Shown here: piece after piece, positions 11,248-25,933 of the stretch
Numbering within the stretch: position 1 is the first letter of the stretch
Layout: the number at the start of each line of letters is the position of its first letter
Assembly (NCBI GenBank): GCA_946965045.2
Contig: OX337238.1
Coordinates: 2,046,001 to 2,110,000 of the forward strand
Reading direction: 5' to 3'
Source: Epithemia pelagica
Taxonomy: Eukaryota; Protista; Bacillariophyta
DNA length: 64,000 bases
Notes under the pieces: generated by a model
The model's input: only the letters and a program-made list of their open reading frames with translations
Database searches by the model: none
Told to the model about the DNA's origin: nothing
Made by a program: the position numbers and the translations under genes

Positions 11248-12549
11248 CTATGGAATCACCATAGTCATTACAGTCCACTCGTAGTCTTGAACTTCCTCGT
11301 CCTCGTCCCCATAGCCCTCGGTTGCACGCTCAACCATGCAGGAAATAAGCATGACGAGTGTGGGCAATGCTGATCCGCTTGCACCCTCCCCGTCAAGCTT
11401 GTAAAAGATAGGCCGAGTCACAACATCTCCTTTCAGATCAATCAGGTGGGACTCGACCTTCTTCTCCAGACGAATAGCAAGGGTTGTGGTCGCTGCTTGT
11501 TGGTCGTCCGTCTTGATTGCTTCCTTCGTTTCAACAAGGCCAGCAGCCTTGGAACTTGAAACATTTGAAGTTGAGGCACCCGAACGGTCTATCTGACCTT
11601 CAAAGAGTCTCTCTGGATCAAAGAGAAACTCAGGCCATTTGTAGACAATCTTGATCTTTGTGCCATTAAAAACAATCGAAACAGAGATGTCTTCGGCGCG
11701 CGTACCGGATGGAAGGACCACAAAGAAACAAAGACGAAGGTTTTTGTCCTTATCGTGCCAGTAGGAATGTAGCGTGGGCCAGTAGAGGTCCCCTTCTGCC
11801 TTCAGCATCCCTTTCTTACTAGATGCAGCAAGGGTTGTGGTCGCTGCTTGTTAATCGTCCGTCTTGATTGCTTCCTTCGTTTCAACAAGGCCAGCAGCCT
11901 TGGAACTTGAAACATTTGAAGTTGAGGCACCCGAACGGTCTATCTGACCTTCAAAGAGTCTCTCTGGATCAAAGAGAAACTCAGGCCATTTGTAGACAAT
12001 CTTGATCTTTGTGCCATTAAAAACAATCGAAACAGAGATGTCTTTGGCACGCGTACTGGATGGAAGGACCACAAAGAAACAAAGACGAAGGTTTTTGTCC
12101 TTATCGTGCCAGTAGGAATGTAGCGTGGGCCAGTAGAGGTCCCCTTCTGCCTTCAGCATCCCTTTCTTACTAAATGCAGGACAAGCGGTGCTCCGAGGGG
12201 TACATAGTGCTGTAGTGGTGGCAGGAGTACCGCCAACGCCAAAACGAGGTGGGGTAAGAACCCGTCCAGGTGTAGTCGGAGGAGCAGTCAGACCCTCACC
12301 CGCAGCAGCTATACGGCGTGCTCCAGTTGACTCCACCACCTCGTTTGCAGAGCTCAAGTTCCGTTGAACATTCTTCCACGACGAATGGAAGTTTTGGAAC
12401 TTGAGCACATCCCCACTGGAGGCTTCGTACACGACTTTGTACTCCTCCTTTGTTGGATTGGGAGGCATCTTTCCAGATGCAATCTCTTGCCGGACATATT
12501 TGCCCTGCTCTCCCTTCCAGTTGAAAGCCTTTGTTGTTTTCTTTGGCAT
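11248..12549 (-). pseudogene. Harbinger accessory ORF-A: possible HTH/Myb-like N-terminus, S/T/P linker, tandemly duplicated HSP20/alpha-crystallin-like domain
   Basis: ORFs 11851..12549 and 11248..11808 are in one frame, split by one TAA (11851-11853) where the other repeat copy has CAA. The domain assignment is by eye. Confidence 0.6.
11476..12177. repeat. 351-bp in-frame tandem duplication inside ORF-A
   Basis: 11476-11826 versus 11827-12177; 6 differences seen. Confidence 0.95.
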
Positions 12550-13123
12550 GTTGGATTGTTGGTGTTGCTCCTCTCAATATTTGTGCGTACTGGTGTGCTC
12601 GTTTTCAGTTCTGTGGCGGGAACTGAAAACAACCTACTCCTACTAAAGGTGGAATCTCCCAGTCGTGTTCAGTCATGCTGTCTCATGAACATCTACATTC
12701 TACACAGCAGGCAAAACAAATATGCGAGCATTTTAATTAGAACCAGCCATTAATGTTCTTAGTTCTTAGGATGACTGTACGTAGTGGCCACACTCTGAAA
12801 GCTTATGCCCTTGTGGACAACTTCCCTTAACAACATGTGCCTCATGACTCCGAACTTTGCTCTTTTCCTCGTGCTCTGTCTTTCCACCTGCCTCCTGATT
12901 GAGAATGGCAGGATGGTCTGTCCAGCACAGTTTGCCATGATATGGACGATCTCTCTGAGACGCCTTGTCGGCAGACAGGAAGGCAGGGAAGCAAAACCAA
13001 AACTTGTCAAAGCAAGAAGGTAAGAAGGACAAATTAGTATACTACAAGAGGTAGAATACAGACATCATACGTATGTTGCTAGGAGTAGACAAATTGTTAC
13101 TAGTACTCTTACGAGCAGACGGA

Positions 13124-14104
13124 TCACGGGCCTTGACCATTGAATTGGTTTTGGAAGATTGAGAACTGTGTGTCATCATAATCCACATCAAACAGTTTCA
13201 TTTCTCCATTTTCAATTGAGAGCTGGCAAATTACAGCAACGGCACGAAACATGGCTGAGTGTTTGTCAAGAGAATGCTTGTTCTTGTGCAAGCACCGCCA
13301 CTCTTTGAGCCGTGAATTGACGGTCTCGTGTCGGTTTCTGACACGCTGTTGTAGCTCCGCATCTCCTGGAGTTTGTGTGTTGATTTTGGGATTGAGGATT
13401 TTTCTTGGTTCCCCCATATAGCCATCATCCGCTTCTGCTTTTTCGTTTGCGTCCAAAAACCACTTAATAGCATGGCGAAAGATCTTGATGTCAGGCCAGC
13501 GACCGCAAGGAAATGGCCCATGAATCCAAACAATATCTCGTGTACGTAGGCAAAGTCCAACCTCCCACCGTGTACCTGGACCATGAAACTTGTGGCTAAA
13601 CCAGCCCTTCAAGAATGGACGAAATTGTTAGATTGCTATGTCTGTTCCATCGACAGACACCGGTGCATCGTTGAGAATGTCATTAGTGTACCTCTTGTTC
13701 CAACGAATCACCTTAGGCTCAAGAAGAGCAAGCCCATCGATAAAAAGCCAGGCCTACTTCCGAAAGGTCTTGGGGTCAACCCGTCCTCTATCTTCTCCTC
13801 CGGCATCCTTTGCCAAGTCGGACTCATCTGCGTATGTACAAATGAGCATGAGTGCCCATAAGAGATGCTTCGGCTGGGCATTCAGAGGCATCTCCTCTCG
13901 CGCCTCCTGCAAACGATTCCACAAGACACTACAAACAAGGGGGCTTGCCCCAAATTTCTTTCTCCACAGACGCCGAAAGGTCTCCGTGTCAGCGACACGC
14001 CTCTGGAGGATGTTGGATCCAACATCTAAGAACAAGTTTGGCGGGACGTCGTTCATCCTTTGGTTATTAGAGTTTATCGTTCTTTTATGTGGGTTGTCCA
14101 CCAA
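13124..14104 (-). pseudogene. Harbinger/IS5-like DDE transposase (DDE_Tnp_4-like)
   Basis: One frame from ATG 14056 to 13124 with SVDGTD, ADDGY and RHETVN (DDE), WFSHKF and GPFPCG..PD motifs. Premature TAG at 13754-13756 and TAA at 13628-13630. Confidence 0.88.
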
Positions 14105-14337
14105 AACAAATTTGTTGCCTCACTATAGTCACTGGTCACTGGTTCATGATTCATGATATCCGACCTGAGCAAACACCCCAACAAGAAACAAGATGGCAAT
14201 GATCGAGGACGATACAAATTATGATACTAGTACTGTACATGTTTTATCTTTCTTATTAGTTGTCTACATGAATATTATTCTATATATAATGTATATACTA
14301 TTCGTGAAACTTGTTTTTGATTGGGCCTATTTGATGT

Positions 14338-14383
14338 CGTGGTTTTCCCGTTGGCTACTCTTATATCGTGGTTTTCCCGTTGG
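14338..14383. repeat. Two direct copies of CGTGGTTTTCCCGTTGG (period 29) resembling the TIR core
   Basis: 14338-14354 and 14367-14383 share TTTTCCCGT with the right TIR (TTTTTCCCGTGG). Confidence 0.8.
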
Positions 14384-14388
14384 ATATG

Positions 14389-14744
14389 GGATATCCACCA
14401 TGGCCAACATTCAATCGTCATTTTCTCATGATACAGAAGGAATCAGACCAATCCAATCCATGGTCAATTAGACCCCCACAGGGTCTCTCGATGCCACAAC
14501 AGAGATCATGGAAAGAGCTACCATGGCCATCAGGAAATGGATGGGAACTTTGGAAAACCAGACCAAAATGGCCATTTTCACGACTTTCCCATCCATTTCC
14601 TGACGGCCGTGGTAGCTCTTTCCATGATCTCTGTTGTGGCATCGAGAGACCCTGTGGGGGTCTTATTGACCATGGATTGGATTGGTCTGATTCCTTCTGC
14701 AGCATGAGAAAATGACGATTGAATGTTGGCCATGGTGGATATCC
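14389..14744. repeat. Long inverted repeat (159-bp arms, 38-nt spacer)
   Basis: 14389-14547 is the reverse complement of 14586-14744 with about 5 mismatches. The spacer contains the palindrome AAAATGGCCATTTT. Confidence 0.97.
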
Positions 14745-15617
14745 ATTGATATCACATTTTCCAGGGAGGTGCAAGGGCTCAACAGAGGTGCGCCGAAACC
14801 ATCTGCCTGTTCGAAATAATTGCCCTTACCAAACTAGCAGTATAAGTAGTATAACAAGTAGGAGTAGACTACAAGAATAGGGGCAGTTATTCTCGGCAGT
14901 ATTATATTATTTCTTGCCCCACTCTACAGAGACATAGACTCTCTCTCCTCTCTCGAGAGACGCGCAGCATATGGTCTTAGTCCACGTCAGAGATCAAAAT
15001 GACCTGGTTGATTGGTTGTGTTATCATCTCTGGTTTTAACATTTTTATTCGGCAATATTGTCTGTTTATCATTCTTTCTCTTCTGTGTTCACAATGGATG
15101 GCCCTTGTCAGCTGTCAGTCTTGGGTCTTGGCTCTTGGCATCTGAAAGAGAGTAGTATGATTTTTTCCTGACGACTGGTCCTGCAGCAGAGACATCTTTG
15201 ACGTCGAACATTAGAACAAACAATACAATAATGTCAAGGGTGACTATCACGGCCATATTAATAGTATTCTATTTCTTATTTCTAGTTCTCAGACACTGTC
15301 CGGATTGGAGATGACAGATGACTAACCATCGGTGCAGCAGAGAATGAGCCAAATCATGCAACTCGTTAAAATGGTAGGGGTGGGCACTACTGAGGAGGCA
15401 GAGCGATCACACTTTCCCTCCACAAAGCAGCAGTCCATACAACAAACCACACAACGAGGCGCTTAGACATGCTTTTCATTCACAGTCTGGTTCCATCTGC
15501 AACTTTGGAATGAGCTCAAGCCAACAATCAAACTTTACTCATTATGTTTGCAGATCTTTGTTCGACTGCTGTTGGTGCTGAACTGCTTGCGATCAACTAC
15601 TTCTTGTTGTAAGTCAA

Positions 15618-17409
15618 ATGGGTGTTCGACATGCTTACCTTTCAATTGTCGAGAAGTTTCAGTGCGGGCAATGGGATGCAGAGTGTTGCACCAAAGCCCA
15701 AATCCAGACTTGCTTCAATCATTCAGGGGGACTAGGGGTCGATTTTGAAGTATTTGCGACGCTCTATCGACGAGCTGCATGCGAGAAGATAACTCTCAGC
15801 TGGAAGGAAACGCGTCTACAAGAAAAGGCAGGAAAGGCACCACGCCAGATGAATGTCCCTCAAGGAGGTGTGTTTGATTGTTGCTTCTTGTCTTCAACTC
15901 TTGATCTCACCAATGTTCTTCCTGTTCTTCCCATGTAGCAGTGCCACGGAAAGCCAACATGTTTGCGGGACCTTACCGTGACCAAAATGACAGTGACGAC
16001 AATGATGACTACAACTCTGCTGATGCGGATGAAGAGGAGAATCGCCTCCTTCAGCGGGACAATGAAGTTGCCTACAGTCAAGTCGGTCATACTGGTGGTA
16101 CTACACCAGGTGGAGATGGGGGGTTTGTTGTGGTTCCTGGTGGTGAGATGCAACACCTGACAGCAGAGATGCAACGTACGCACCTTAGTCCGCAGAAGAT
16201 GGTCGCTGTTGTGGAAGGAGCTAACGCTCCTTTTCTGTTGTCTTCTCGGCATGGAAGGCTCATGATGGGCAAACGCGTTTCTCCCTCGCCATGAACCTCC
16301 TTTCTGGCGTGGAGCCCAAGTCCATGACACCCTGTGTTGCCGAAGGTGGTTCCGGCGTGCAGTTGAAGCTCAAATGGCCAAAGGCAACCATGAGTGTGGC
16401 CCAGTTGGTCCCAATCAAGTTTCTTGGACTGTTGCATCGCTATGGGCATACAACAGTTCCCCCACCTACCGAAGAATCTGACTTGAGGGACTATCCATTT
16501 CAAACCGTGCCAGTTGTATCTGGCTTGGTAGCTCAGATTGAGAAATGGAAGAACAAGAAGTTGATCCCAGGGGAAGACAATCGCCCTACAATGACAATCA
16601 ACCTGAAATCACCTTTCAAGCTGGAGCCTGTTCCCATTGGCAACACTTTTGAGTTGCATGGGCTCCAAGGTGACGTGGTTACGAAGAGACAGCATGGCTA
16701 CTGGTCGGGTGTGCTTCTCCTTGAGTGTGAAGGAGAACGCAACACTTTTCAAAAGCCTGTTGGACCAGAAAGCTACCGATTCATACGCCAATGCAATGGT
16801 GGATGGGCAATTACGCAAGACACGGATGAACTCATGGAAGATGTCAATATTGAGGGTGAACGAATGGTGCATCAAACAAAACGAACACGACCAAGTATCC
16901 AGCGTCCAACCATCGAAGCAAACGATCTTCTTATCGAGAATGAGAGCCTCAAGTCACAGCTTGAGGCAGCTCAGAATGCCCATTCAGATGCTGTCCGTCA
17001 ACTTCTTCAAAAAGAAAAGGATGTCATGGATTTGAAAGCTAGCAAACTCAAGATCCGAACAGAGCTGGCTAACGCCAACTCAGCTTTGGAGCAAGTACAA
17101 CGAGAGGCTGAGACTCACGCTCGTGCTGTACAAGATGCTCTAGGCCATGCCTATACGAAGGCTTACGGAGATGGGAAAGCATTGGTTTCAATGGCTGAAC
17201 ATGCGGTGTCAAGTGTCGAGGCCTGCTTGAATGCAGCCTCCACCAAGCAGGGTGATGTAGTTGTTGCCAAACATGCCTCAAATGCTCGTAACCATGTTAC
17301 CGAGCCAAACAATAAGTTGGCTGAAATGCATGGTCATATCTCAACGTCCGCCACTAGTACTGTGTCTGTCAATTCTGAAGTTGTTGATGACTACGATGAT
17401 ATGCATTAA
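15618..17409 (+). pseudogene. Harbinger accessory ORF-B: paralog of the ORF-A domain plus C-terminal coiled coil
   Basis: A GT..AG intron at 15868-15938 joins ORF 15618 in frame to ORF 15941. A frameshift near 16225-16240 leads into SAWKAHDGQTRFSLAMNLLSG...KWP and ORF 16291..17409. The true start is uncertain. Confidence 0.55.
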
Positions 17410-17640
17410 GAAAAAGATCTTACCCGAGCCGAAGCAAGGAAAGTATACGTAGTATGGTAGCAGTAACATAAGAGACCTGACAAACAAGTAATGATCCTCT
17501 ACTGTTGTTGCATGTGAAGCAACTTCTTTGTCGTCACAAAGTTTATCCTTCTCTTCTCTCGTGAAGGACAGAAGATAACTTGAGCAAAAATGGTGACTCC
17601 TAGCTACATACTCCTAGCATTTTTCCCGTGGCCTCCTAGA

Positions 17641-18383
17641 CACCCCCTAGCGGGGGTGGCTAAGAGGGTTTAATTTCGTGTAGCCACCCCCATCTCTCTG
17701 GTGTCCGGTCTAGTCGGCAGGCATATCTCATTTTCACAACCACGATAACAACACGACAATCAAACTTTGTTGTTGCTGGTGACCTCCTATGATCACCCCA
17801 TCATGATCCGACCATCGTGGGATTCATATTAGTACCATGGTAGTGCATTGTGAGCGGCACAGTGCATGAGGGTCACTCTAGGCAAGGATGAAAATAGTGG
17901 CCCAGCATTATGGCACGACACGAGACCATGATGGCCCCAAAACCCCATGGGAATAGAGGTCCTGCTGTCGATACACTCCGTTACTACTGTTATGTATATT
18001 GTGTACCATTAGGTGTCGAAATAATGAATAATAAGAGCCATACATGCCTCTGAGATGCTTCGTTCGAAATGGTGAGGCGTTGCTTCCGTATGACCGTGCC
18101 ACGAGGCATGGTGCCTGTGAACCAGCTCCACAATAGACTCAACCTTCATATTTTGGCCATGCAGATGTATCCTACGCTATTGGTTAGAGGCCTATGACTC
18201 GCCCGACAGGTACCAAGTGTCAAAATAGGTGCACAACAACAGGTGCAACACCGAGGTCCGTGTTGTTATCGCAATGGATGGAATGAGATATGCCTGCCGA
18301 CTAGAAACAGGTTATTTTTCCACCAGAGAGATGGGGGTGTTTCAACGAAATTACAACCTCAAAAACACCCCCGCTAGGGGGTG
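17641..18383. mobile_element. Putative MITE (about 745 bp)
   Basis: Perfect 18-bp inverted termini CACCCCCTAGCGGGGGTG / CACCCCCGCTAGGGGGTG, with weaker inverted similarity extending about 20 bp inward. No coding capacity; TSD not resolved. Confidence 0.6.
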
Positions 18384-18854
18384 CCTCGTAGAGAGCCTCC
18401 TATGGGCATTGGGCATAGTAAATGCCGACCGCGAAACCAACTGCATTACCATCCTTGCTCTCCGTACCCCACTCTATCTCTATCGAACTCACTCCGAAGA
18501 TACTCCCACTAAGACAGAGTCAACGTCCGAAAGTAAAGAGACGTGTAACGAAACAAACATTCCCGCCAGATTCACTTCATGTGCTCTGTGGAGCATCGCA
18601 TGGAGTGGACAAGGAATCAACCACAGTCATTCTAGACAAAAGCTAAAAAAGTTGTCCAAAGCACAACGCACAGCCAACTTGTTGCAAAGAGCTTGATCAT
18701 CTCGGTTGCCTCAAGTTGCCTCCTTATCCGAAGTGTCGTGAATTTGGTACACATTGAGTGGCATGGCAACTTCCTGATTGCGTTTCTTCTTTGTTACCAT
18801 CTACCGGTCAAACAATTTAAGACATTCAGCAATAAGCCCTCGAGATAAGATACA

Positions 18855-20632
18855 ATGGAACCGCGACGTGACATGTGGATAGATTCGGCATTGACGCAAG
18901 AACACATTCCAGAATCCATCTCTGTAGGAAGTACGCTGCAAGTGGACCGTGACGAAGGGTATGAAACTGTCGTTTCTCCCCTCTACATTCGTAATCACTT
19001 GATCCAAAGACAAGAGGTCTTCAACGATTTCATTGGCAATCGAACGAAGCAGCAGCTCTTCGTAGTAGGTCCTCCCGGGTCGGGCAAAACAGTTTTTCTC
19101 TCTCTACTCGCACGCATGTACGCAAAGAAACAACGAAAGAAAGTGCTGTATGTTGCCTACCGACACGACAGTATATGCCCCATCATTGTCTTCGATTGCG
19201 ACTCGGTTAAAACGATTGAAAAGTTCCCCAACAGTCGCAGTCTGTTTGATTTCATGGAGAGACTGATGGACCAAAATCAGGAGAAGTATGATTTGGTTGT
19301 GTACGATGGCGTGCGGCAGAATATTCGAGAGTCATCCAGCGTCATGGCCGTATTCAAAGGTCGTCATTCTGGTGTTTCAAAAGTGGTGTTTGTGACATCA
19401 CTTGCTTTTCGAATCAAGGATTGCGATTCGATGCCAGCCTATATAAGTGAATATAGCAAAGACTATTTCGATTCTTGGACGAAAGAAGAACACCTTGAGG
19501 CGATGCTTGGCATCTACAATGCAGGCATCCTCCCCGAAGCCATACAGCAAGATATTGCAAAACTTTCAAAGACTCACGCTCTCTTAGATCCAACCGAAGG
19601 GATGGAAGAAAAGCATGGCAGTTCCGCAGTCGACGACGCTGAACCACAAGATGCCCTTTCGCATGAACAGATACAGTCGTACGTCGACTACAAGTATTTC
19701 TATGCCGGCGGAAGCGCTCGATTTATGATTGAATTTGATATTGACTTGCTCCAAAAGACGTTAAGTGAATTATGTGCCTCTGTTCTCAACAATGAACAGT
19801 GGAAAGCCTTCTCCACTTGCCGTATTCCCATTGGAGCCATGGATGCGGTCAACACTCTGATGCAACGTTTTCTCGGCAGAGACGGCGTCGCAAGATGTAC
19901 CCCCGTCAGTCGATATATCGCCATGATTGCATACGATCATATCGGTGTGAACTGGTTGCAGCTGTGAATACAGTTGCATCCAATACCGACAATCCATCCC
20001 TAAAAGGCTGGGCATTTGAATTGCAGCAACTTGAGATTATCAATAAGGTTCTTCGAACCCGCTCTGACACTATGATCTCTGTGTCAGGTAGCCGCACGGA
20101 TGGCTTGGATGGATTAGCGTTCCGACCATCGCGAGAAACTCAGTACGATGGAATCGCACTCGTGAAAGAAAGAGGCAAAGGTACGCTGTCCGAAACAGAT
20201 TTTTCTGAACTTCGAGGTGAAACCGTTGTTGTGTGGTGCATGAAGTGGAACCAGGGGTGTTTTGACGTCGCGATCTACCATGGCGAAACTGGAACGCTTG
20301 CCACCTTGCAATTCACTGTTTCTGACAGTCATTCACTGCATCTTGAATATGTCAGGCACCTGCGTGACGCATTCCACAATGCTAATTTCTCACTGCAAAC
20401 CTTTTCACATATTGGCATCAGCAAGGACGGCGCACTGAATTGGCATGATGCGACTGGTACTGGGCATCGATTCTGCGATCCAGATTTCGAAATAGTCAGG
20501 AGCGAAAGCAAACCATTGAGGTCGGTCGACCAGCAGCTACCATTAAACTTGGTCCCGGAAGGAACGAAAGTGATCATGTACACAAACAAGAGAAGAAAAA
20601 AAGACACAGAGGCTCCATGGTTGTCTACTTGA
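18855..20632 (+). pseudogene. Crinkler-like P-loop NTPase plus C-terminal REase-like domain, with one frameshift
   Basis: Walker A VVGPPGSGKT, Walker B LVVYDG and YAGGSARF. After a shift near 19945 the ORF 19799..20632 frame gives KGWAFELQQ and WNQGCFDVA...LQFTVSDSHSL. Upstream exons are possible (about 18400-18850). Confidence 0.7.
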
Positions 20633-20696
20633 GTGGATCCTTTACGAACACTTCCGGGACAAAACAGTTGGTGATTCATTCACTTGAGTGGATCCT

Positions 20697-24404
<3,708 letters not shown>

Positions 24405-25101
24405 GGTGATGATTTTTTCAAATGACAAATCCGTCGCAATGGAGTACCCACAACCGAGAAAGGAATCCAAGCACACGTGTGCTTTGATTACTGATTGCAC
24501 AAGCTCGTCGGAAGTTCGAACCGCAAGGACAACAGAGGAGATTATCGACCACCCCGATGCATCCAAGCAAAAGGAGGATTTCTCAAAACATGACGGCGAT
24601 GGTGAGTATCTCACAATCAGTACAAACGATTACAATGGAATTATCTATACTTACTCAGAAAACTCGTATCTTCCGGGCATGCTCGGACGGCCCTTCTCGA
24701 CAAAACCTTGTTAGGAGTACTTTACCTTGTCAAGACCAAACCCATCGTTGGACGGCGATCTTCACTCTAAGTATGCAGTCGTGGAAACAATGGTAATTTC
24801 TCTGGATCATCTGCGAGCGAGACGGATGGTCTTTCGTTACGAATTGAGCGTCCGTCGTACGGCAAGGATTCTGGACGCACTCAAGTCGCGCAAATTTCCA
24901 CGAAGCAGCTGGAAGCAAAAGGAATCTCTCTACTAGAGACTGAAAGTAATTAGGCATTTTTGTTGTGGGGGTATCATAATAATATATGATGTATCAACCT
25001 TGTTATCTTTCAACTTTAATGTCTTGTTGTCCTTCGCTTTCGTTGTGGTATTATAAGTTGATACCTATGATACCACAACGATAGCGAACGACAACAAGAC
25101 A

Positions 25102-25684
25102 TTGGCGGCACCACCATACGGTACTGCTAATGCCAAGGATGCTACTGTTGCTGGTCTCTTGGCGGGACATCAAGTGATAGCGGCAGTTCGAGAAACCTTC
25201 GCTCCCCAAAAAGACTTCGAGGAGAGCAGAGAAGAGCACCAGGAGAACAAAGCCCGCCTTGATCAGATCGCCGAGGTTTTTGAACCATTGGGTGATTTCG
25301 TTCTCGTTGAAAGTAGAATCAATGAACACATGTTGCACATTCAACGAGAGCGCAGTCGGTCCATGGTTAGAAATCTCCGGCGATCTGTTCAAGTTGGGCC
25401 TTGATCCCTCAAGTATGCAAATTGGTGTAAAGCGCCTGTGGTGGATGATTGGACGACGAAGAAGCAAATGTCTTAAGAGAAACAAAGGAAAAGGTCAAGA
25501 AACACCGAAAATTTTTGAAGGAAAAGTCCGGGGAAGATCCCAGCTGGAGCGCCTTTTATCGAAATTTTCAAGGCGCTTGGCTTGAAGAAATTGGAGGTTG
25601 AGGAAACGGCGAAAACGCGCGTTGTCGACGAGCTCAAACGATTGGTCCTGGGCTGCGAAATGAGAGAGTAGATAGTGCACTGTA
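25102..25684 (+). pseudogene. Possible degraded ORF with several frameshifts
   Basis: Protein-like segments in changing frames (MAAPPYG...RRSV; LGLDPSSMQIGVKRLW; LDDEEANVLRETKEK...WLEEIGG). No family recognised. Confidence 0.25.
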
Positions 25685-25933
25685 AACCCATGTAGATGCA
25701 TTCGTTCAGTTTCGTTTTTAATATTGTATCTTTGCTGTAGTTTGTTCGCATGCTCTAGCACTATATTGGTTTCCATGTTCCATGACCACACTGGTCTCTT
25801 TCCAAAAGCTCGTGCCATTTTGTACGTATAGCAGAGTGAATGAATAGTGGGCGTATTGTATGTGGTCCTCTCTATTGCGGTTCCGTACCGGTCCCATGCG
25901 GAATGGTATGTTCACGGAGAACCAAACGTGTGT

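Larger units (their letters stand above)
11159..17635. mobile_element. PIF/Harbinger-like (PHIS group) DNA transposon, 6477 bp
   Basis: Perfect 21-bp TIRs GAGGCCACGGGAAAAATGCTA (11159-11179; reverse complement 17615-17635), CTA duplicated on both flanks (11156-11158, 17636-17638), internal DDE transposase. Confidence 0.9.
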
